Shown piece by piece: positions 25,151 through 32,000 of a stretch of 32,000 nt of DNA. The notes under the pieces are model-generated. The model ran no database searches. It saw only the letters and a program-made list of their open reading frames with translations, and had not been told where the DNA came from. The first letter of the stretch is position 1. Each line of letters opens with the position of its first letter. Where the stretch lies: positions 90,001 to 122,000 of the forward strand of contig NZ_CP040089.1 of assembly GCF_009617975.1 (NCBI RefSeq). The letters are read 5' to 3'. Position numbers and translations under genes: made by a program. This DNA is from Candidatus Nanohalobium constans. GTDB taxonomy: Archaea; Nanohalarchaeota; Nanosalinia; Nanosalinales; Nanosalinaceae.

Positions 25151-25363
25151 TCGAGCAAATCCTTGATTTGCGACAGGCGAGAACTCAGTCATCCAATTTC
25201 TTTGGGATGCTGGGGCAAAGCCAACCGGAGGGAGAACTTCGGTATCTGCCAGCCCAACCAACACGATTGTGTGGAGGCGAAAAATTCTCTTACCAAAAAA
25301 TGGGCGACAGCCAGTAAACCATTGATGGTTGAAAGCTGAAGCCCATCTACATCTACTTTCATC

Positions 25364-26362
25364 ATGGTAAACAGCTTTTCAAAAGACTTTGAAACTGTAG
25401 CTGGGTTTCAACCGCTTTACAAAGGCTACAAGAAAGCAAGGAAGGGCAAGCGTTACAGCAGTGAGGTATTAGCTTTTTCTGAAAGCCTTGAAGACAACCT
25501 TTTCGATCTCTCAAACGATCTTTTGACACAGAGTTACTGCCCTAAGGGTTTCAAGGAGTTTAAACTGTTTGATCCAAAGGAAAGAGAGATTAAAGCCCCT
25601 TATTTCCGTGACAGGATAGTTCATAGAAGCCTTCACATATCTCTGGAACCTTTCTTCGATAAAAGGTTTATAGAGCATTCTTATGCGTGTAGAAAAGGTA
25701 AAGGCACGCATGCCGGTGTTGATAAGGCACAAGAATTTATGAACAAGAGTGATGCCGAATACTTTCTGAAATGTGATGTTGAAGACTACTTTGGCTCCGT
25801 TGATCATAAAATCCTAACTGATATGTTGGATAGGAAGATTAGAGATGATAGGATAGTTGATTTAGTTAGAACTATTTTAGCGGATTCTGGAGACAAGGGT
25901 ATGCCTATCGGCACTCTTTACAGCCAGTTATTCGCCAATATCTATCTTAACAAGTTTGATCATTTTGTAAAACAGTCGCTTCAGGCTGATTACTATGTTC
26001 GTTACATGGACGATTTCGTGTTTTTCAGTGATTCCAAGCAACGGCTTCATCAGTTGAGGGAGGCGTCTAAAGGATTTCTTAGGAAGGAGCTGGATCTGTC
26101 GCTGCCGTTCTCCAAAACTACTTTAGAACCAATCCAAAAAGGATTGATCTTTCTTGGTTACAGAATCTTTCCAAATCACAGAAAGCTCAGGAAAAGAAAC
26201 AAGCTGGGTTTCAAGGAAAGGCATGGAAAGCAGAGATCAGAGTTACAACGGGGTGAATTGACTTTTTCTGAGTTGAGGGATTCTATTGAGTCTTGGAAAG
26301 GACATGCTGAACACGCAGATACAGAAAACCTGTGTGAAAACTTTCTTGGCAGTTTGAGTTAA
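25364..26362 (+). CDS. DGR-type reverse transcriptase
   Basis: RT motifs FRDRIVHRSL, SYACRKGKGTH, LKCDVEDYFGSVDH, the DGR-diagnostic PIGTLYSQLFANIYLN ([ILV]GxxxSQ), YVRYMDDFVFF (YxDD) and FLGYRIF. Confidence 0.9.
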   Translation: MVNSFSKDFETVAGFQPLYKGYKKARKGKRYSSEVLAFSESLEDNLFDLSNDLLTQSYCPKGFKEFKLFDPKEREIKAPYFRDRIVHRSLHISLEPFFDKRFIEHSYACRKGKGTHAGVDKAQEFMNKSDAEYFLKCDVEDYFGSVDHKILTDMLDRKIRDDRIVDLVRTILADSGDKGMPIGTLYSQLFANIYLNKFDHFVKQSLQADYYVRYMDDFVFFSDSKQRLHQLREASKGFLRKELDLSLPFSKTTLEPIQKGLIFLGYRIFPNHRKLRKRNKLGFKERHGKQRSELQRGELTFSELRDSIESWKGHAEHADTENLCENFLGSLS

Positions 26363-26622
26363 TTTTTTTCAACTTGTTTGAGTCTTTTCTTGATTTTATT
26401 CTCTGCTTCTCCTTCCAGCTCTACTTTTTCTATTTTTCCTTGTTCTGTGAGTTCCAGAATTGCTTCTTCCTTTTTAGTCAGATTTTTCCCTTTATTATCT
26501 TCTTTAAGGTATCCTCTTATGGCTTCTCTTACTACTTCAGACATTGAACTGTAGTATTCTTCTTCTTTCTTCTTTTCAAGATCTTTCCTCATTCCGTCAG
26601 GAACTTCCACACTTAAGGTCAT
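26359..26622 (-). CDS. Ribbon-helix-helix (CopG/Arc-like) DNA-binding protein, antitoxin-like
   Basis: N-terminal beta-strand MTLSVEVPDGM.. followed by SMSEVVREAIRGYL, typical of RHH proteins. Convergent with the RT, with overlapping stops. Confidence 0.65.
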   Translation of the reverse strand: MTLSVEVPDGMRKDLEKKKEEEYYSSMSEVVREAIRGYLKEDNKGKNLTKKEEAILELTEQGKIEKVELEGEAENKIKKRLKQVEKN

Positions 26623-26733
26623 AATCTTCTATTAGGGCTGAATCCTCTTAAATCTTGCTCTTTTCTGAGAAAATTTGTTGGATAATATGGATTATTCACA
26701 GTTTTTAATAAGTAGAAGTCCGATAGGTGTTTC

Positions 26734-27015
26734 ATGGAGTTGGATTATCATAAGGGTGCTGAAAAGGATCTTGATGAGTTGAATGATGAAGTTGAAAGCG
26801 AGGTTAGAGACAAAGTATCTGAGCTTCGGGAGAAGTTGACTTCTCACTCGGATGTCAAATTGATTAATATTGAGGGTCGACCAGTTTTCCGACTGAAAGT
26901 AGGAGAAAGAAACCAAAAACTAGACCATAGGGTTATATTTGATATTAAGAACTCTGATATACTAGTTCTAGCTGTCATCCACAGGGATGAAGGGTACAAC
27001 ACCATTTCTATTTAA
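26734..27015 (+). CDS. RelE/ParE-superfamily toxin-like protein
   Basis: 93 aa; ..AEKDLDEL.., PVFRLKVGE....HRVIFDIKNSDILVLAVIHRDEGY matches the RelE/ParE core pattern (yRlRvGdyRviy.i....i.vl.v.hR...Y). Confidence 0.65.
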   Translation: MELDYHKGAEKDLDELNDEVESEVRDKVSELREKLTSHSDVKLINIEGRPVFRLKVGERNQKLDHRVIFDIKNSDILVLAVIHRDEGYNTISI

Positions 27016-27021
27016 ACGAAA

Positions 27022-28149
27022 TTAAATCCTATCCAATTTTTCAGCTGCCACTATGAACATTGAGTGACTCCATGCCAATGGTTCTATTCCTTGTCTGTCT
27101 CTGGAGAACTTCTGTTCCGGAATGTATTTGCCTCCTATTTGTTCGACCTGTCTGTCGAATATTTCATGTGCTTCGTCTTCTCTTCCGAGTTCGTGGAGTG
27201 CGATGGCGTACCAGAATGTTAGAAGCGGCCAGGCTCCTGCTCCTTTCTTCAGGTGTTTGGTATGGTGGATTATGCCGTCGTACATGTCGCCAGAATAGCG
27301 CATGACTCCTTCATCAATCATCAATTTTTCTTCAATGAGTTTGACAGTATTCTCCAGTTTCTCGTCTTTCTGTACTACGTTGAATGGCCATAGGAGTCCT
27401 AGGCTGCATGCGTCGACTGTTTCATCGACTACATCGCCGTATGTCCGTGGATAATATGTTTTCTCATTTTCTGTTGCTTGGTGTTGTTCTAGTCTTTCTC
27501 TCATCTGTTCTGCGGTTTTGAACCATTTCTGTTCGTCCATTCTGTCCGCGGCCAGGTAAAGTGCTTCTGAGGAAGCTGCTAGTGTGTAGCTAAAGTTTTC
27601 TTTCATGTCTGGGTGTGCTTCTCGTTCCTCCCATAGGTCGTGTGTGGCGTTGTGGAAGCATTCTTCGTCCCACTGGCTCCAGAGTCCATCGGCAAGTAGG
27701 TGGATGATTTTTTCCTGTCTATCGTCTAATTTGTCGTTGGTCTCCAGTATGCACCATAGGAGGGCTGCAGCCTGGTCGGGTTGGAACTGGTGTCCGAAAT
27801 CTGTGTCTCGTGGTCCGTTGGTTGAGTAGCGGTGGTAGATTACCCCTGAGTCCTCGAATCCTTCTGCTCTATCCATCAGCCATTCATAGAATCTTTCTTC
27901 CTGTTCTTCTTCGCCTAGGATGTCGAGTGCATAAAGTGTGAATGCGGCGTCGCGCGGCCAGACGAAACGGTAGTTAGCGACATTGTCTGGATAGTATTCT
28001 TTATCCGAGTTGCCGGCCACGACTGCTCCGTTTTCTAGGCATACATCGTTCAGTACTTCTCGAGAGGATTCAACCAGCTCCGCTACTCTTTCATCCATAC
28101 TAGCGTTTTTCTCTTCGCTGGTTAAAATACTCTTCACTCTGCTGAGCAT
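27022..28149 (-). CDS. GH15 glycoside hydrolase (glucoamylase-like catalytic (alpha/alpha)6 domain only)
   Basis: NYRFVWPRDAAFTLYAL, HDLWEE (catalytic-acid region), GAGAWPLLTFWYAIAL. Confidence 0.8.
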   Translation of the reverse strand: MLSRVKSILTSEEKNASMDERVAELVESSREVLNDVCLENGAVVAGNSDKEYYPDNVANYRFVWPRDAAFTLYALDILGEEEQEERFYEWLMDRAEGFEDSGVIYHRYSTNGPRDTDFGHQFQPDQAAALLWCILETNDKLDDRQEKIIHLLADGLWSQWDEECFHNATHDLWEEREAHPDMKENFSYTLAASSEALYLAADRMDEQKWFKTAEQMRERLEQHQATENEKTYYPRTYGDVVDETVDACSLGLLWPFNVVQKDEKLENTVKLIEEKLMIDEGVMRYSGDMYDGIIHHTKHLKKGAGAWPLLTFWYAIALHELGREDEAHEIFDRQVEQIGGKYIPEQKFSRDRQGIEPLAWSHSMFIVAAEKLDRI

Positions 28150-28164
28150 GAAAAAGGAATTAGC

Positions 28165-28875
28165 CTATTCTGGTGTAAGTTCATTGTTATCCAACCAAGC
28201 AACCATCTGACCAAACATGTACTCCTTCCCATCCCTAGAGAAAGAATGCTTCTCACCTTCAATCTTATCCAGCATCACGGAAGTATCCAGTTTCTCAGCT
28301 GCCTCAAAACTGAACTCGGGATGAACAGTGGTATCTGCTGCACCATGGAAAATCGCCACAGGAATATATAGACTATTTTCCAACTCCTCGAAATCGTAAC
28401 TGTCGAAGTCATCAAAGAAACTCTCATCTATAGGCTTACCATCAATATACTCAAAGCGACCCTTAGCTTCAACAACTTCCCTAAACTTATCCATGATTTC
28501 CTTATATGTCACAGGTGCCTTCCCAATAACAGCATCAACATCTATATCTTCAGCAGTGTGGAAAACAACTTTTCCGCCGAAACTAGTGCCGAAGAGAATA
28601 GTATTTTCTGGTTCAAAATAATTTACGACTGCTTCTAAGTCCTTGATTCTAGAACTTAAGTCCTGGTCAATAAACTCTCCATCAGAATCTCCGTTGCCAC
28701 GGAAACTAAGAGTAACTACATTGAAGCTTTCTTCAGCTAACTCCAAGTACTCTGATTGTCTTTCCTTGTTTCCACCAAATCCGTGGCAGACAAAAATCCA
28801 AGTGTCTGAGTCTGCTTCTTCATGAGTTACTGCTACTTTTTCCCCGTTTTCAGCTTCTATAGAATATTCTTTCAT
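28165..28875 (-). CDS. Alpha/beta-fold hydrolase
   Basis: FVCHGFGGNKE oxyanion region, nucleophile elbow GTSFGG, C-terminal HGAADTTV and ..GEKHSF (His). Confidence 0.7.
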   Translation of the reverse strand: MKEYSIEAENGEKVAVTHEEADSDTWIFVCHGFGGNKERQSEYLELAEESFNVVTLSFRGNGDSDGEFIDQDLSSRIKDLEAVVNYFEPENTILFGTSFGGKVVFHTAEDIDVDAVIGKAPVTYKEIMDKFREVVEAKGRFEYIDGKPIDESFFDDFDSYDFEELENSLYIPVAIFHGAADTTVHPEFSFEAAEKLDTSVMLDKIEGEKHSFSRDGKEYMFGQMVAWLDNNELTPE

Positions 28876-28883
28876 ATTACTGC

Positions 28884-30101
28884 TTATTTCCTCAATCTTT
28901 TTTCGACCTGCTGCTGGAAATCCATCAAATGCTCTGTAATCACGGCGAATCCTTGGTGTGGATGGTCGAAGTAAGAGAAGTAGTTGTGGACCGATCCGTC
29001 ATCGTATGTTTTCGTAGCGATATGGTGCAGGTGGTCGCTGGTCAGGAATTTTCGCCAGACTTCTTTGATCTCCGGATCGTCAAGCTGTTTGACTTTTCCT
29101 TCTAGTTCCTGCATTTTCTCGAAAAGCATCTTCTGCATGGGGTTTCCAAGCCAGGCTGAGGCATCCATTTCCTGGTCTGCCCATGATACTGTGTTGTATT
29201 CGAATGCATCGAACTCGCCGACAGGTTCGTTATTTTGTGCGACTTCTCTTACCTTGGCAAATTCCAGGTTGTCGTGTTTGAGTGTTTCTTCTGGTAGTGC
29301 TTCGAGGAACCAGAGGATGCCTGTGCCTTCCCAGTGGTGTTCTCCAAAGGTTTCATAGTCCATGAACAGGTTTAGCATGTCACCCTGCGCCTCTGAAAGC
29401 CACAAGGCGTATTTTTCAGCTGTCAATGGGTACTCATCCCACCATTCAGCAGAGAATCGATACCCTACATCGTCCGTTAGCTTTCTGTTTCTCAGCATCA
29501 CATTGTTTCCATTTTCAGTGACGAAGTCTGGCTGAGTATAAGCGTGGTTTGGGCTTCTCCATCCGAGGATTCTGTCAGCGCCTTCGGTAAATATTCCCTT
29601 GTATCCCTCTTCCGCCGAAATTTTCCCGATTTCGTTGTGGTAAATCAGCTCAGTGTTTGTCATAACCTGAGGATTCACTCCAAAAGTATCTTCCACAACT
29701 TGTCTATGATGGTTTAGCTGCCATCTGAACTCTTCTTTGTCGTTGAATAGTCCTGCGAGGCTGTGCTGGTATGCCTGTCCGATGAAGTCGATAGAGTTGT
29801 CTGGGAACTGGTTCAGCATGTCGATGAGTTCCGGATGGTATTTCTTGGCTTGTTCTATCCAGGCAGTTGACACCGAAAAGTTTACTTTCAGGTTTCTGTC
29901 GTCTCCCTCTCGTCTTTTGGCTTCTCTTAGTAGTCTTTCGGTTGCTGGGAAGTAGCAGTTTTCTGCGACATCTTTGAAGAAGTGTTCGTTCATCTCATCG
30001 TCGAAGTATCGGCCGTAAAGCGTGCCTGCGTCCTTTTTTACTCCGTCAATCCTGAGTCTGTGTGGTTGATGTACTTCGAAGGAGAGGGTTACTGGTAACA
30101 T
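28884..30101 (-). CDS. GH57 family alpha-glucan-active enzyme (AmyC-like alpha-amylase)
   Basis: N-terminal LSFEVHQPHRL, MDYETFGEHHWE, WADQE..; 405 aa. Confidence 0.8.
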   Translation of the reverse strand: MLPVTLSFEVHQPHRLRIDGVKKDAGTLYGRYFDDEMNEHFFKDVAENCYFPATERLLREAKRREGDDRNLKVNFSVSTAWIEQAKKYHPELIDMLNQFPDNSIDFIGQAYQHSLAGLFNDKEEFRWQLNHHRQVVEDTFGVNPQVMTNTELIYHNEIGKISAEEGYKGIFTEGADRILGWRSPNHAYTQPDFVTENGNNVMLRNRKLTDDVGYRFSAEWWDEYPLTAEKYALWLSEAQGDMLNLFMDYETFGEHHWEGTGILWFLEALPEETLKHDNLEFAKVREVAQNNEPVGEFDAFEYNTVSWADQEMDASAWLGNPMQKMLFEKMQELEGKVKQLDDPEIKEVWRKFLTSDHLHHIATKTYDDGSVHNYFSYFDHPHQGFAVITEHLMDFQQQVEKRLRK

Positions 30102-30121
30102 AAGTTTGTCTTTTCAGTCGT

Positions 30122-30134
30122 GGTTTAAATCCGG
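30122..30134 (-). promoter_or_regulatory. TATA/BRE-like box (plus-strand GGTTTAAATCCGG) about 26 nt upstream of the GH57 ATG
   Basis: Spacing fits a leaderless start; the motif recurs at 22935-22948. Confidence 0.35.
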
Positions 30135-30145
30135 CACGGTATCTA

Positions 30146-30157
30146 GGGTTTAAAATT
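30146..30157 (+). promoter_or_regulatory. TATA-like box (GGGTTTAAAATT) about 28 nt upstream of GTG 30179
   Basis: Spacing only. Confidence 0.3.
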
Positions 30158-30178
30158 CAAAGATACCTAACTCAAACT

Positions 30179-30418
30179 GTGAACTACCGAACCCAGGAAG
30201 TAGAAAACGGAACACTCATCAAAGTGGAGGCCGACGAAGCAGCAGTGATAGTCAAGGAAAACGGTGAGGAAAGAATATATCTGCCTTCAACAAGCCATAA
30301 TGATTCCACATACTACACATCTGACACTAAATCGCTGCAACAGTCTCAACAGGGTTTCTCAGTAGTTCACAACGGTCAACCAGATTCTATAAAGGTTTTC
30401 TCAACACAGGAGAATTAG
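30179..30418 (+). CDS. Small hypothetical protein
   Basis: 79-aa ORF with a correctly spaced TATA box, immediately upstream of the rhodanese gene; no family recognised. Confidence 0.4.
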   Translation: MNYRTQEVENGTLIKVEADEAAVIVKENGEERIYLPSTSHNDSTYYTSDTKSLQQSQQGFSVVHNGQPDSIKVFSTQEN

Positions 30419-30421
30419 AAT

Positions 30422-30742
30422 ATGGACACAATCACAACAGAAGAACTTCAACAACTCAAAGACTCAGGAAAACCATTTAGACTCGTCGATGTACTATCCA
30501 TAGACCACTTCCAGGAAGAACATATACAGGGAGCAGTCAACCTTCCGCTGAGCGATATCGCATCAGAGGCCATGGACCGATTCGACATGAATGATGAAAT
30601 CATAGTGTACTGCAAAGACAAGGAATGCTCCGCAAGTCCGAAAGCTGCAGCCAAACTCGAAAGCATCGGTTTCCAGAATGTAAAAGACTACGAAGAAGGC
30701 CTCAAAGGCTGGAAAAACGCAGGAAAACCTACAGAATCATAA
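30422..30742 (+). CDS. Single-domain rhodanese-like sulfurtransferase
   Basis: LVDVLSIDHFQEEHIQGAVNLP, active-site loop VYCKDKECSAS, GF.NV..YEEGLKGW. Confidence 0.85.
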   Translation: MDTITTEELQQLKDSGKPFRLVDVLSIDHFQEEHIQGAVNLPLSDIASEAMDRFDMNDEIIVYCKDKECSASPKAAAKLESIGFQNVKDYEEGLKGWKNAGKPTES

Positions 30743-31786
30743 ATTCCTGTAAATCTCTATTATTTCATCTGTCATTTCTCCCCAACTCCTACTTTCTTCA
30801 TCTACCACTATATCCTGTCTGAGTCCTTTCTTCAATCCTTCAGCAATAGAATCTGAATCAGGATCAATCTCAATTATAGAATCACCTGATATAAATTCGG
30901 AGACGCCGTTTTCAGTCGCCAGTACGGGTGTTCCGGACTCCAATGCCTCGCTGATAGTTAGACCAAAAGGTTCGTTGATCGAAGGTGAGACAAAAAGGTC
31001 CGCACATTTGTAGTAGTCGCCAAGCTCCTCTGTAGGGATGAAGCCGGTGAAAATAGTGTTCTCATGAATATCTAGCATTTCTGCGAATTTTTCCAGGCTT
31101 TCACGCATCTCGCCGTCACCTCCGATTACTAAAGTAGCTTCTCCGCCATTTTTCAGGAACTTCTTGAAGCCGTAGATCAGGTGTTCGATTCCTTTCTGCT
31201 CCGCGTGCCGTCCAACGAAGAAAACCATGTTATCTTCGATATCCAGCTTTTCCTTGATGTCCTGTCCTTTGCCTTGGGGCTTGGAGAACCCGTTATAGAT
31301 TACCTTAGGCTTTTCTCCGTGCTCTGATTCTACTTCTTCAGCCAGTTTATTACTTACAGCTATAGCTTTGCCAGGTTTCTCGACAGCCAGTTTCTCCAGG
31401 TCTGTAACCTCTCCATCATGGTGTTCTCTGCTTCTCCCGGATGCTAAAGAATGAATAGTCGAAACCCAGCTACAGTCGCTGTACTTCTGTGCTTTGAAAC
31501 CGGCTTCTGCGCCAAACCAGTCATGTGTATGGATAATATCGAAGTCATCGGCTAATTCAGCTACTTGAGAACTCATTTCGCGGGCCTTCCAGACCATGTC
31601 ACCCTCGCCCACATCTAGGCCAACGATGTTTTCTTTCTCTGGAGCCCTATCTTGGGGTAAAGCTAGTTTTACCTCTACATCATCTCTTTTCTGAAGCTCC
31701 TCAAACAGATGCTTCACATGGATATCTAGGCCGCCATCAATGTTCGGAGGATAGCCCCACCCCAGCAAAAGGATTTTCTTATTCAT
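30737..31786 (-). CDS. GT-B glycosyltransferase (GT4-like), third paralogue
   Basis: GYPPNIDGGLDIHV, HTHDW, TIHSLASGRS, GRHAEQKG, EPFGLTISEALESGTPVLAT. Confidence 0.85.
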   Translation of the reverse strand: MNKKILLLGWGYPPNIDGGLDIHVKHLFEELQKRDDVEVKLALPQDRAPEKENIVGLDVGEGDMVWKAREMSSQVAELADDFDIIHTHDWFGAEAGFKAQKYSDCSWVSTIHSLASGRSREHHDGEVTDLEKLAVEKPGKAIAVSNKLAEEVESEHGEKPKVIYNGFSKPQGKGQDIKEKLDIEDNMVFFVGRHAEQKGIEHLIYGFKKFLKNGGEATLVIGGDGEMRESLEKFAEMLDIHENTIFTGFIPTEELGDYYKCADLFVSPSINEPFGLTISEALESGTPVLATENGVSEFISGDSIIEIDPDSDSIAEGLKKGLRQDIVVDEESRSWGEMTDEIIEIYRNL

Positions 31787-31813
31787 TAAGAAAAGATAGA
31801 GAAAAGGAATGAT

Positions 31814-31999
31814 TTATTCGATGTGCATTTTTTCGTTTGTCATTTCGATGCTGGTTTCTTTGTCTTCCATGTCGAACATTGCTCTGATTGCGTCTACATT
31901 GTCTGGTACGACGATGCTTTCTTGGTGTACCATGTGGATCCAGCGTAGTTTGCCGTCTTCTACATCGATTGTTTCTCTCCAGACCCCTGCTTCTGGCAT
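31814..31999 (-). CDS. Hypothetical protein, possibly N-terminally truncated by the window edge
   Basis: ORF runs to the last codon of the window; composition is typical of the genome. Confidence 0.3.
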   Translation of the reverse strand: MPEAGVWRETIDVEDGKLRWIHMVHQESIVVPDNVDAIRAMFDMEDKETSIEMTNEKMHIE

Positions 32000-32000
32000 A

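Larger units (their letters stand above)
22999..26362 (+). mobile_element. Diversity-generating retroelement cassette: target gene (VR) - ORF - Avd - TR - RT
   Basis: All canonical DGR parts are present, on one strand, in BPP-1-like order; see the individual features. Confidence 0.9.

Noticed and set aside
24950-25339. 129-aa ORF (and nested 25114-25317 ORF) covering the TR and spacer
   Set aside because: It is open only because the TR copies the in-frame VR sequence. It overlaps the avd 3' end, has no start context and has an Asn/Arg-rich composition unlike the proteome. I interpret it as non-coding DGR template RNA.
1-32000. CRISPR arrays, rRNA/tRNA genes, integrase/transposase/IS elements
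   Set aside because: I saw no regularly spaced direct repeats and no recognisable recombinase or transposase motifs in any long ORF. The island's mobility is inferred only from the duplicated gene end and the gene content.

Overview
Archaeal chromosomal segment, moderately AT-rich by eye, with a very acidic predicted proteome and many TATA boxes about 27 nt upstream of start codons (leaderless style). I infer a small halophilic DPANN or Nanohaloarchaeota-like genome. I recognised no rRNA, tRNA, CRISPR array, integrase or transposase. (1) 0.2-9.4 kb, minus strand: a conserved housekeeping cluster of uL10/P0, uL1, uL11, Spt5/NusG, SecE, an inserted bPH-domain membrane protein, FtsZ, an FKBP PPIase and LeuRS. 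(2) 9.5-13.6 kb: two tandem MinD/ParA ATPases, a HIT protein with an HxHxQ motif, a hypothetical protein and phosphoglucomutase. (3) 13.6-22 kb and 27-31.8 kb: a large glycogen/alpha-glucan and upper-glycolysis supercluster. It holds an ADP-dependent sugar kinase, TIM, a debranching enzyme, a GT3 eukaryote-type glycogen synthase, PGI, three GT4-like glycosyltransferase paralogues (one with only the N-terminal domain), GH15, an alpha/beta hydrolase and GH57. (4) A roughly 5 kb accessory island (about 21.96-27.02 kb) interrupts this cluster. The island carries a TumE/TumA-like two-gene module flanked by a duplicated 3' end of the neighbouring glycosyltransferase gene, a complete diversity-generating retroelement (DGR), and an RHH protein plus a RelE/ParE-like toxin. 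The DGR is the main find. A 114-bp VR at the 3' end of a 414-aa gene matches a 114-bp TR 886 bp downstream, and 15 of 16 internal mismatches fall on TR adenines (8 of 9 AAC codons changed). An Avd-like gene, a second possibly Avd-like ORF and a DGR-type reverse transcriptase accompany the repeats. The diversified protein combines an archaeal class III (type IV pilin-like) signal peptide with a C-terminal FGE/C-type-lectin-fold ligand-binding domain, which suggests a hypervariable pilus-borne adhesin. A (CA)6 tract in its 5' end may add an on/off switch.
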